A stretch of 55,153 nucleotides of DNA from Patescibacteria group bacterium (GTDB taxonomy: Bacteria > Patescibacteriota > Minisyncoccia > UBA6257 > 02-FULL-45-10c): NCBI GenBank assembly GCA_018969615.1, contig JAGWYA010000006.1:1-55153 (forward strand), written 5' to 3'. The translations under genes and the position numbers were made by a program. Shown in pieces: positions 24,935-34,000 of this stretch. The notes below the pieces were generated by a model. The model searched no databases and was not told where the DNA came from. It saw nothing but the letters and a program-made list of their open reading frames with translations. Position 1 is the stretch's first letter. Every line of letters begins with the position of its first letter.

Positions 24935-25040
24935 ACCTTTATAATACCATCGGATCGTTTTCCGCCAAAAAACAGGGGTGTCGGTAACTTTAGCCTCCTT
25001 GCCGAGGGTTTTATTGCATGAGACACTAAAGAACACATCC

Positions 25041-26000
25041 ATGAAGAAACGAGTTGTAAAAAAACGAAAGACGATCCTCGTGACCGGCGGAGCCGGATTC
25101 ATCGGCAGCCACCTCTGCGAAGCGCTTTTGGCGCAGGGGCATAAAGTCATCTGCCTGGATAACTTTTTCACCGGTTCAAAAGAGAATATCAAGCATCTCC
25201 TGAAAAACCCCCGTTTCACCCTCATTAAACATGACATCGTCAACCCGATCTTCCTGAAGCCCGACCAGATCTATAACCTCGCCTGCCCGGCCAGCCCGAT
25301 CCACTATCAGCACAATCCGATCAAAACGGTCAAAACCTCAACGCTCGGCATGATCAATATGCTCGGCATGGCGAAAAAGTCCGGCGCCCGGATCCTCCAG
25401 GCGTCGACCTCCGAGGTCTACGGCGACCCGGATATGCATCCGCAAAAAGAGACCTACTGGGGCAATGTGAACCCGATCGGGATCCGCGCCTGCTACGATG
25501 AAGGAAAGCGCGCCGCCGAAACGCTCTGCTTTGAATACCACCGCGAACATGGCGTGGAGATCCGCGTCGCGCGCATTTTCAATACCTACGGCCCGCGCAT
25601 GAGCGAGAACGACGGCCGCGTCGTCTCGAACTTCATCGTCCAGGCGCTCCGCGGCAAGCCGATCACGCTTTACGGCAGCGGCAACCAGACCCGCAGCTTC
25701 TGCTATGTCGACGATCTCGTCCGCGGACTGATCGCGCTCATGAACGGCTCCCAGACCGGACCGATCAACCTCGGCAATCCGAAAGAGATCACCGTTCAGA
25801 CGCTTGCGGAAAAAGTGATCACCCTGACCCATTCACCGTCAAAGATCAAAAAAGTCCCGCTGCCGAAGGATGACCCGCGCCGTCGAAAGCCCGACATCAC
25901 TCTGGCGAAAAAATTCCTGAAATGGACGCCGACAGTGCCGCTTGACGAAGGGCTCGAAAAGACCATCGCCTACTTTCGCACCAAGATAAAAGCCCGTTAG
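25041..26000 (+). CDS. UDP-glucuronate decarboxylase (UDP-xylose synthase)-type short-chain dehydratase
   Basis: [14 protein letters not shown] Rossmann motif, YDEGKR (YxxxK) and high overall resemblance to UXS/ArnA-C-type enzymes ([19 protein letters not shown]). Confidence 0.8.
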   Translation: MKKRVVKKRKTILVTGGAGFIGSHLCEALLAQGHKVICLDNFFTGSKENIKHLLKNPRFTLIKHDIVNPIFLKPDQIYNLACPASPIHYQHNPIKTVKTSTLGMINMLGMAKKSGARILQASTSEVYGDPDMHPQKETYWGNVNPIGIRACYDEGKRAAETLCFEYHREHGVEIRVARIFNTYGPRMSENDGRVVSNFIVQALRGKPITLYGSGNQTRSFCYVDDLVRGLIALMNGSQTGPINLGNPKEITVQTLAEKVITLTHSPSKIKKVPLPKDDPRRRKPDITLAKKFLKWTPTVPLDEGLEKTIAYFRTKIKAR

Positions 26001-26043
26001 AAGCGAGGCTCGTCAAAAACGGCAAATAGAGTATCCTAAAGGT

Positions 26044-27267
26044 ATGGATCTCGTCACTCAGAAACCGGAACCGAAGAACCGCAACGTGTTTTACGTCGGC
26101 CTGCTCAGTTTTTTCGGCGGCATCAGCCAGGACATCTTCTCACCGATCCTGCCGATCTATTACACCAGCGTTCTCGGGTTCGACAAAACCTTCGTCGGCG
26201 TCGCCGAAGGCCTCGTAACCGCAAGCAGTTATCTCTTCAAGATCTTCGCGGGGTTCTTTTCGGATAAGTTCAAAAAACGAAAACCGATCATCTTTGCCGG
26301 TTACTTCCTCTCCATGGTCAGCCGTCCGCTTCTCGCGCTCTTCATCTCCGGCGGCGCCGTGATCGGCCTCCGCGCGCTGGACGGCATCGGCAAGGGCATT
26401 AAAGATCCGCCGAAGGACGTTCTCATCGCGGGATCGGCCGAAAAAGAGATCCGCGGCAAAAGCTTCGGCATCGCCCGCATGCTTGATACGCTCGGCTCCG
26501 TCGCCGGTCCGCTGATCCTCTTCGGGCTTTTGTATGTTCTCAAAGAAAGCACCTGGCTCTATCACGACATTTTGGTCTTCACCGCCGTTCCGCTGGTCAT
26601 TACGCTGTTGATCCTCGTATTCAAAGTACGGGAGGTGAAAGATGCGCAGCCGGAACCAACGCCGGCGCCGGCAGCCACTCCTACTTCTATCGGCCCATTA
26701 CCGGCATCGTTCTATCTCTTCCTCGGCATCGTGATCCTCTTCACGATCGGCAATTCCTCAGACGCCTTCTTGATCTTGCGCGCGCAGAACGCCGGCGTCA
26801 CCCTGCTTGAGATCCCGCTCGTCATTACATTATTCAACTTCATCTATGCGATGTTCGCCGTGCCGTTCGGCTCGCTCTCAGACCGCATCGGCCGCATTCC
26901 GACGATCCTTATCGGCTGGGGAACCTATGCGCTCGTCTATCTCGGTTTTGCGCTTGCGGTCCACGCGTATCTCATCTGGTTCCTCTATGCGCTCTACGGC
27001 ATCTATTACGCGACCAATCAAGGCGTCGTCAAAGCGCTGCTTGCGGATATGGTCGGCAGCGAGCACCGCGGCAAAGCGTTCGGCATTTACGGCACGACCA
27101 TCGGCCTCGCAACGCTACTTGCGAGCTTCATCGCCGGCTCGCTCTGGGACCATCTCGGCCCGGCAGCGCCGTTCTATTTCGGCGCGAGTATCGCCGCGAT
27201 CTCAGCCGTCGTCCTTCTCTTATTCGCAAAAAAACTGACGCCTACTTCGGAAACGATCAGAAGCTAG
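26044..27267 (+). CDS. MFS transporter
   Basis: About 12 TM segments. MFS loop motif GFFSDKFKKRKP between TM2 and TM3, and SDRIGR in the second half. Confidence 0.8.
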   Translation: MDLVTQKPEPKNRNVFYVGLLSFFGGISQDIFSPILPIYYTSVLGFDKTFVGVAEGLVTASSYLFKIFAGFFSDKFKKRKPIIFAGYFLSMVSRPLLALFISGGAVIGLRALDGIGKGIKDPPKDVLIAGSAEKEIRGKSFGIARMLDTLGSVAGPLILFGLLYVLKESTWLYHDILVFTAVPLVITLLILVFKVREVKDAQPEPTPAPAATPTSIGPLPASFYLFLGIVILFTIGNSSDAFLILRAQNAGVTLLEIPLVITLFNFIYAMFAVPFGSLSDRIGRIPTILIGWGTYALVYLGFALAVHAYLIWFLYALYGIYYATNQGVVKALLADMVGSEHRGKAFGIYGTTIGLATLLASFIAGSLWDHLGPAAPFYFGASIAAISAVVLLLFAKKLTPTSETIRS

Positions 27268-27608
27268 CGGTATAAAAGCGCGCCGATCACCACGAGCGCG
27301 TTCACCGCTTCCCACAATACGAAACTGACGATGATCGTCTTGTCTTTGTGTGCGATGCCATAAAAGACCCACGGGAGCGTCACAATGAAAATAAGCGCCC
27401 AGGAGACCGCGGATACGCCGGCGGCCTGATGCGTCGTAAAGATCTGCCAGATCTGCGGCACGACCATAAACGGACCGATGATTCCGGCGTAGAACGTCGT
27501 CCGGTCGAGAAAATGCATCCAGTCGGATGGCTGGCCATGGAGCGGCGACGCCTCTTCGGACTCCGTGCGGCGGACATGTTTGTGCTTAAGGCCAAGATAC
27601 GGGTGCAT
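27264..27608 (-). CDS. PQ-loop/SemiSWEET-like small transporter
   Basis: Three TM helices with VVPQIWQIF (PQ motif) and LPWVFYG. The start codon is uncertain. Confidence 0.55.
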   Translation of the reverse strand: MHPYLGLKHKHVRRTESEEASPLHGQPSDWMHFLDRTTFYAGIIGPFMVVPQIWQIFTTHQAAGVSAVSWALIFIVTLPWVFYGIAHKDKTIIVSFVLWEAVNALVVIGALLYR

Positions 27609-27648
27609 AGCCTTATTGTACCCGCTCCCGCCGCTGTTCCCAAATCGA

Positions 27649-28080
27649 ATGCGTTATACTGAATACATGGCTCCGCTCTATAGCACGATCACGCTGTTCG
27701 CCGAACTCATCGTGTCCGGCGTTATTTTTTATGCACTTTGGAGCGGCTGGGTCCGTAACCGCTTCCCCCGAAAGCTTGTTGTCGCAGCCCTCAGTTATGA
27801 AGTGCTCTTCAATATCAGTTATATGGTCTTCCGGACCGCGGGAGATCGGGGAGGCTCGATCCTGCCGCCGGCGGTAATCGCCCTCGCCGCCTTTCACGGC
27901 ATTCTCTCGCTGATCATGTTCCTCACGCTTCTTGCGTTCTTCATTACCGCCTGGAAGCGGTATCGGATCGGCATTAATTTTTTCAAAACCTATCCGCGGC
28001 TGACGATCATCTTTGGCTGTTTCTGGACGCTTTCGGTTCTCTCCGGAAGCCTGCTGTACGTTCTCACCTATCTGCACTGA
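27649..28080 (+). CDS. Integral membrane protein (4 TM), unknown function
   Basis: Hydrophobic helices throughout, followed by a strong terminator. ATG at either 27649 or 27667. Confidence 0.5.
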   Translation: MRYTEYMAPLYSTITLFAELIVSGVIFYALWSGWVRNRFPRKLVVAALSYEVLFNISYMVFRTAGDRGGSILPPAVIALAAFHGILSLIMFLTLLAFFITAWKRYRIGINFFKTYPRLTIIFGCFWTLSVLSGSLLYVLTYLH

Positions 28081-28100
28081 TCGCGCCGCGCGATAAAAAA

Positions 28101-28130
28101 GCTCCGACCGGGGTCGGAGCTTTTTCTTTT
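28101..28130. terminator. Bidirectional intrinsic terminator
   Basis: GCTCCGACC-GG-GGTCGGAGC flanked by an A-run and a T-run, between convergent genes. Confidence 0.7.
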
Positions 28131-28143
28131 TATCATCAGTTCG

Positions 28144-28527
28144 CTACAGCGGGAACACCATGTACAAGAGGATCAGCACCGCGCCGAGCAATGCCATGTT
28201 CTTCATGAAATTCACGCGATCCGCCATCTTTGCCTGCGGGTCCGCCTCGCGCCAGTACGGATGCATCATGAACGATACCGGCACCAGGAAAAGCACCAGC
28301 GCCATAAGGGATGCCGAGATATACAGTCCGGTCAAAATACCGAAACCGCCGATCAGCAGCAGCACGCCGGCAACGGTCACCGCCGCCTTCGGCATCGGGA
28401 CCTTTTTGGATGCCGCATACCCGGACATCATTTCTAATTTTGTGAAGTGCGTGATACCCATCATCAGGAAATATCCGCCCAACAGGATCCGACCAAGCAG
28501 GAACGCAACAACTAATGTGATCTCCAT
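28144..28527 (-). CDS. DoxX-family membrane protein
   Basis: The N-terminus LLGRILLGGYFLMMGITHF is typical of DoxX. 4 TM. Confidence 0.6.
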   Translation of the reverse strand: MEITLVVAFLLGRILLGGYFLMMGITHFTKLEMMSGYAASKKVPMPKAAVTVAGVLLLIGGFGILTGLYISASLMALVLFLVPVSFMMHPYWREADPQAKMADRVNFMKNMALLGAVLILLYMVFPL

Positions 28528-28610
28528 ATGCTAAAAATTGATTAATTATGATCATCGTCAGTATACCAAAAAAACACCGAATACGCATGAGCGAGGTATA
28601 CTGAAGATAT

Positions 28611-29015
28611 ATGAAACGGCTCTCTATTCCCGATCGCGAACTGAAAATCTTCTTCAGCCGGAGCAGCGGGGCGGGCGGTCAGAATGTGAACAAAGTGGAG
28701 ACCAAGGCAACGCTCCAATGGAATATCCTGCGCTCCGCTATGCTTACTGACGGGCAAAAGAACCTGCTCTGCCGGCGCCTCGCTCATCGCATGACCGGCG
28801 ACGGATTTATCGCCGTCTCGAGCCAAGCCGAACGGGGCCAGCACGCCAATCGGGAACATGCCCGGCGTCTTCTGGAGCAGCTTGTAAGCAAAGCTCTCAC
28901 TCCGCGCAAACAGCGCATTCATACCGCTGTTCCCCGGCGCGAACGGGAGCGGCGCCTTGACCTAAAGCGAAAAAAATCGGAAAAAAAACGTCTTCGCCGG
29001 CCGGAACCTATCTAA
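28611..29015 (+). CDS. arfB: Alternative ribosome-rescue factor ArfB (peptidyl-tRNA hydrolase, RF-1 domain)
   Basis: GGQ motif in SSGAGGQNVNKVETK. About 134 aa with a basic C-terminal tail (RRERERRLDLKRKKSEKKRLRR). Confidence 0.8.
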   Translation: MKRLSIPDRELKIFFSRSSGAGGQNVNKVETKATLQWNILRSAMLTDGQKNLLCRRLAHRMTGDGFIAVSSQAERGQHANREHARRLLEQLVSKALTPRKQRIHTAVPRRERERRLDLKRKKSEKKRLRRPEPI

Positions 29016-29060
29016 TATCCCCGTTTAAACAAAAAATGTTATACTAAAAGAGAACTTGTT

Positions 29061-29543
29061 ATGAAACAAACCCTGGAAAAGGACCACGAAAAGATCGTCT
29101 GGCATGCGCCGGAGTTCGAATATATCCACAAAGATCTCGAATGGTATTGGACCACGCTCATCGCATCCGCCGTGCTCTTTTTGATCGCGATCTGGCAGCA
29201 AGACCTCCTGTTCGCGATCTTCATTGTGATCGCCGAAGCGCTTTTCATCCATTGGGCGCGGGAATATCCGCGGACGCTCAAGTTCATGATCGATGACCGC
29301 GGGATCGAGATCGGCCATATCAAATCGTACACCTACGTCCATCTTTCCGGATTCCACATTCTCACGCATTCGGACCATGGCGAGCTCATCCTCCGCACCA
29401 AGACCCGCCTGCATCCGTATACCCGGATTATCGTGGTCAAAGAAGATATTCCCGATATCAAGGCATTCCTGCGGCGGCATCTGCCGGAGATCGAATACGA
29501 AGAATCCCTCAGCGACCATTTCGGCCGCATGATCGGATTCTAA
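29061..29543 (+). CDS. Membrane protein with two TM helices and a C-terminal soluble domain; unknown function
   Basis: WYWTTLIASAVLFLIAIWQQDLLFAIFIVIAEALFI hairpin. No catalytic motif. Confidence 0.45.
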   Translation: MKQTLEKDHEKIVWHAPEFEYIHKDLEWYWTTLIASAVLFLIAIWQQDLLFAIFIVIAEALFIHWAREYPRTLKFMIDDRGIEIGHIKSYTYVHLSGFHILTHSDHGELILRTKTRLHPYTRIIVVKEDIPDIKAFLRRHLPEIEYEESLSDHFGRMIGF

Positions 29544-29590
29544 CGGCGTATTGAAAAACAAACCGAATATCAGTATAGTAGGGAGGTCCT

Positions 29591-29662
29591 GCCCTCGTCG
29601 TTCAACGGATAGGACGCAAGATTGCGGATCTTGTAATTGAGGTTCGATTCCTCACGAGGGCA
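29591..29662 (+). tRNA. tRNA-Arg (anticodon GCG)
   Basis: GCCCTCG acceptor pairs with CGAGGGC. Anticodon arm CAAGA-TTGCGGA-TCTTG. T arm GAGGTTCGATTCCTC. Confidence 0.8.
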
Positions 29663-29862
29663 CAAAGGAAAACAAAGTCTCTTTCGCGCAGTGCCGGGTT
29701 CTTACACTGCTTTAAAGAGACTTTGTTTTTATAAAAATAAAAAGACGCAAGGGCTGTCCAGCCGCGAATGAAACTTTATTCCCAGAGGGCACAAAATAAA
29801 ATATTCCCTTCCGGGAATTTTTTATTTTTGCGTAGTGCCGGGTTCTTACACTGCTTCAAAGA
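29656..29862 (+). repeat. Two tandem small units downstream of tRNA-Arg, each preceded by GAGGGCACAAA (tRNA 3' end) and containing a conserved 33-bp box
   Basis: GAGGGCACAAA occurs at 29656-29666 and 29785-29795. The box GCG(C/T)AGTGCCGGGTTCTTACACTGCTT(T/C)AAAGA occurs at 29686-29718 and 29830-29862, with 23 nt identical. In unit 1 the box sits in the loop of a perfect 16-bp inverted repeat (29669-29684 with 29714-29729). Confidence 0.6.
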
Positions 29863-29914
29863 AGTTTTGTCTTAAGTATAAAAAGCCCCCGACCAAAGTC
29901 GGGGGCTGTCTCTC

Positions 29915-30601
29915 TTAGAATCTCAGGTCGAACGCTCCGAGGCCTCCGTAGCCGGTATCCCAGAAACCGGCGACGGACATCCCGAGATGGCGGTAGAGCT
30001 GAACGCGCATGCCGGCCTCCACGTTAACGATCGGCACCGTGCGCTTCACGGCATCCTTCGCGTCTTCCGTGACGGGATAATTCATACCGCTCTGCGTCTC
30101 GTGCCCGACGAACTTTCCGTTGAACCGGACCGTCAGCTCGCCGAGACCGAGACCGGTACGAACATAAGGAGTCACGATGCCATGGATCGACCCGAAGCGA
30201 TACTCATAATCGAGCGTCACGCCGTTGAGGTCGATGTCCGTCCGCCCTGTGATCACGCCGGCCACATTGTTCTTCGCCAGCTCTTGCGCCGTGTCAGAAC
30301 GAGCCCACGCGCCATCTCCGGACGCAGCGATCTTCACCCACGAAACGCCGATGAGATTGTGCTTGCTGAGCGCGTACATCATGCGCAACGAACGCATCTC
30401 GCCGTCGAGCTTCTGCGGATGCTTCACGATCGACTTGTCCATTCCGAGCAGCATGCCCGGGAGGACGTATGATCCGTCCACGGCCTCAAGCGACAGCTTG
30501 TCCAGCTGGCCGCACTGCGCGGACGGAACCCGCACGCACAGAACAGCGAACAGCGAAACGACCGCCAGCACCGACATGCGGAACTGCTTCATGAGGCTCA
30601 C
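29915..30601 (-). CDS. Outer-membrane beta-barrel-like protein (OMP_b-brl/OmpW-like impression)
   Basis: Signal peptide MKQFRMSVLAVVSLFAVLCVRVPSAQC. Alternating hydrophobic beta-strand pattern. The C-terminal ...GLGAFDLRF has a terminal Phe, as in OMP sorting signals. The gene is GC-richer than its neighbours. Confidence 0.5.
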   Translation of the reverse strand: MSLMKQFRMSVLAVVSLFAVLCVRVPSAQCGQLDKLSLEAVDGSYVLPGMLLGMDKSIVKHPQKLDGEMRSLRMMYALSKHNLIGVSWVKIAASGDGAWARSDTAQELAKNNVAGVITGRTDIDLNGVTLDYEYRFGSIHGIVTPYVRTGLGLGELTVRFNGKFVGHETQSGMNYPVTEDAKDAVKRTVPIVNVEAGMRVQLYRHLGMSVAGFWDTGYGGLGAFDLRF

Positions 30602-30727
30602 CTCCGTGTGAGATTCTTTGTTCGAATTGCTAGGGATAGCTTACTGAATTCGCCTTATAAAGTCAATCAAAGCAGGCCACGGTGCTTGAACATTTTAAGC
30701 CTTTTCTGGTACCATAAGAAGCGAACT

Positions 30728-30799
30728 GCGGGTATCGTATAGCGGCTATTATGCGACCTTGCCAAGGTCGAGATACGGGTTCGACTCCCGTTACCCGCT
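30728..30799 (+). tRNA. tRNA-Gly (anticodon GCC)
   Basis: GCGGGTA acceptor pairs with TACCCGC. Anticodon arm CGACC-TTGCCAA-GGTCG. T arm ACGGGTTCGACTCCCGT. Confidence 0.85.
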
Positions 30800-31003
30800 C
30801 AGTAAAATAAAATATCTCCTTCGGGAGGTATTTTATTTTTACTTTGGGAGTCGAACCGGGAAAATGCCTGCCTGCCGGCAGGCAGGCAGGCAGGTTCCAA
30901 AGAGCGCGAGCATCTTGTCAGTGAGATCCAGCGAGCGCGAGGTTCGAGTGAGCGAGCGGGTCATCTGACCGCGAGCGAAGCCTTGCTCCCGTTACCCGCT
31001 CAG
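30785..31003 (+). mobile_element. ORF-less insertion scar at the 3' end of tRNA-Gly, flanked by an 18-bp direct repeat and carrying the same palindrome as the GIY-YIG cassette
   Basis: CTCCCGTTACCCGCTCAG occurs at 30785-30802 and 30986-31003. GCCTGCCTGCCGGCAGGCAGGCAGGCAGG lies at 30866-30893. There is a 12-bp inverted copy of the tRNA T arm (GGGAGTCGAACC, 30846-30857). No intact ORF. Confidence 0.5.
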
Positions 31004-31051
31004 CAAATAAAACACCGGCCTCAGCCGGTGTTTTATGTATGTCAGGATCGT

Positions 31052-34000
31052 CTAATTGCTCGGGACATTCAACCCTGAAATATCAATGAGCGTTCCGACG
31101 GCTAATTCATGATCGGCCGTATTCCCCGCGATCCCCCATTCCGGAACGCCGATGCCGTTATTCTGAGCCACAACCTTGCACGCGCTCTTTACTTGATCCA
31201 CGTTGGCAGTAGCGCCGAGGACATCAAGCGCGAGAGCCCAGAGCGTCTGTCCTTGCGAAAGCGCCTGATACTTAAAAGCTCCTGTTTTGGTGATCGTCTC
31301 ATTGAACTGCATCCGCTTGGTCACCACGGTTCCTGCGGACGGAACAGCATTATCAGCATCACTGTCATCATTGGCCTGCTTGTCGGCAGTCATACTTGCG
31401 CTGTTCTTGAAATTGATGATCTTACCGTCATAGGTTTTCGTGCCATCGGTACCGGTCATCTGAGCGACAACCAGAAGATGACCCGGCTGAGTCTCTCCGA
31501 CCGCACACGAGCCGGTCACATCGGTCGCACACGAGCCGATCAACCCAGTCGTAGCCCCAAAGATAGATGCAAATTTATCCTTGGACGGTCCCTTGCCGAA
31601 CTGCTTCACAAAATCCGCATTCTCACGATCAAACACTTTGACCTGCGCACTCGGCAGCGGCTGGGTGCACTCAGGAGCTGGCTTGCCATTGGAAAGGGTT
31701 CCGCAAACACCTGACTTCGCCTGGTCAACAATATGAATGGTCGTGACCGTATCGTTCGCGAACGGGCAGCCGGTATCGCCGGCATTTCCTGCAACTGACG
31801 GGCACTGATCGGTCATGACCTGGTTCGGAGCGATCGTCACCGGGGTTCCATCCATGATCAACGTCACCGGTTCCGCGCTGAGGTTCTCAATCAAGATCCC
31901 GTTCGTTGCATTCGGATCAATATTCACTTCCTGACCCGGAAGCAGCGATCCGGTATCAAGCACGACATCATTTTCATCAACGACTTCGATCGAAAGCGGC
32001 TGCGCGTTCGATGCTGCCGGCAAGATAAAACTTCCCAGGGTTACGGTTTGTCCCGTGGACAAATTTACTTTCACCGCCTTCCCTTTGCCGGTCTGCGGCT
32101 CACGCAGCGAAATACTCGTTGCAGCTTTCACCGCCGTCGCGGTCGTGGTTAAAAGTCCGGTCGCCGGATCGGTCCCGCAAGTGATATCAACCGTATCTCC
32201 CGCTTTTTGCATTGAGACCTGCACCTTGTTTCCGCAGACCACCATCGAGGTATTGCTTCCGGATCCGCTAAGGCTCGCTTCGATCGTCCCTGCGGCCGCG
32301 GTCGGGATCACCGAGTAATTCCACCCGCCGCGACTCGTGATCGAGCCGAAGGTCGTACCGTCATTGAAATCGCTGGAATAGATCAGGCTTTCATCGGCGT
32401 TCGTCGATGCGTTGTGATCAATCGCTGTAACAATGCCGTCGTCATCAACCGTGATCATCGGACTCGAAGCAGTATTCCCTGCAAGGTCAGTTGCCGAAGT
32501 GGTAAAGGTCAGCGCGCTGCCTGCCGCCGGCGGAACCGTTACCGGCACCGAAGCGGTCCACACACCCGATTGCGCCGTTCCCGACGTCAGCGTTGCCGCA
32601 ACGCCATTCACTGTTACCGAAGCCGTACCGCTCGTCGCGTCGGAAACTGAAACCGTGACCGTTGCCGGTGAAGCCGTGATCGTATCATCTTTGACCGGGC
32701 TCGTGATCGAAGAGGCTGGCGGCATGGTATCCACCTGAACTTGCGTAGAATGGAGCGCCTCCACATTTCCCGCATTATCCACCGCCTGATAGCGGACATA
32801 GTTCATACCTTCGGTCGAAACCGATGCGGATGCGGCGATCGCGGTCGGAACACAGGTATTATTCTGGTCCACACATACTTCAACGCCGTTCACACCCGAT
32901 CCTCCCGCAGCATCCGTTGCGCTCAAGGCAACCGTTACCGCAGAGGTATACCAGTTATTCTGTCCCAGCGTCCCTGAGAGGGCCGCAGTCGAAACCGGCG
33001 CGGTCATATCGATCTTTACCGGATCGGAATGAAGCGCCTCCACGTTCCCGGCATTATCCACGGCCTGGTAGCGGACATAGTTCGTTCCTTGGGTCGAGAT
33101 CGTTGCGGTCGTGCCGGCCGTCGGCGTGCACGTATTCGTCTGGTCAACGCACAAGCTGACCGATTTCACGCCGGAACCTCCTGTGTTATCCGTCGCCGCA
33201 ACTGTAACCGTCACATTCGAGGTATACCAGTTATTCTGGCCGGCAGTACCCGCATAGGTTGCCGTAGAGATCGGCGCGGTCGTGTCCGGAGGAGTGCCGA
33301 AAACGGCATCATACTGTCCGCCGGCGAAGTCGCCGAATGCCTGCATGCCATAAAATGCAGAATTTACCAATGAATTGATAAGCTTATTGGTTGTTTTATC
33401 AAACTGGAAGATCTCACCGTTCGAATCATCAATGACCCATACATACGTATCGTCGAATGCAACGCCTGTCATATTAACGCCTCGATACGATGGCCATGTT
33501 GCAACGCCCGTAACCGCATCAGTAGTTTCATCGATCTTATAGAATTGCGGATCGGTCTGATCGACAACCCATACTGAGGTATTATCGGCTGCGATCGCCC
33601 CCAAATGGCCCCAGGAATAACGGCCGACCGGGATCGTTGCAACGACCGCGTCCGTTGTCCGGTCGATCTTCGTGACCGCATGTGTCCAGAAATCAGCGAC
33701 CCATACATAATTGCCGCCAAGAGCGACGCCAGTTGCCATACTGCCCGTCGGGATCGTTGCAACGACCGCTCCGGTATTTTTATCGATCTTCTGAACACTG
33801 CCACCGGTCGCAGCCCATACATAGTTCTGATCCACGGCGATACCCTGGTCATAACTTCCGCTTCCGGCTCCTGAGATGGTCTTGTCTATAGCAAGCGTCG
33901 CCTTGTTAATGGCGAGGATCGTAGGCGGGTGGTTAGTCGCAGAATAGGAGACCCATGCATCGGTAGAATCCAATGCAATAGCGCCGGCATTGTGCTGATA

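Noticed and set aside
24935-25243. 5' extensions of the membrane-protein ORF (to 25243) and of the UXS ORF (from 24978)
   Set aside because: The two extensions overlap each other on opposite strands. Internal ATGs (24934 and 25041) give the expected N-termini, MTHTQRL... and [24 protein letters not shown].
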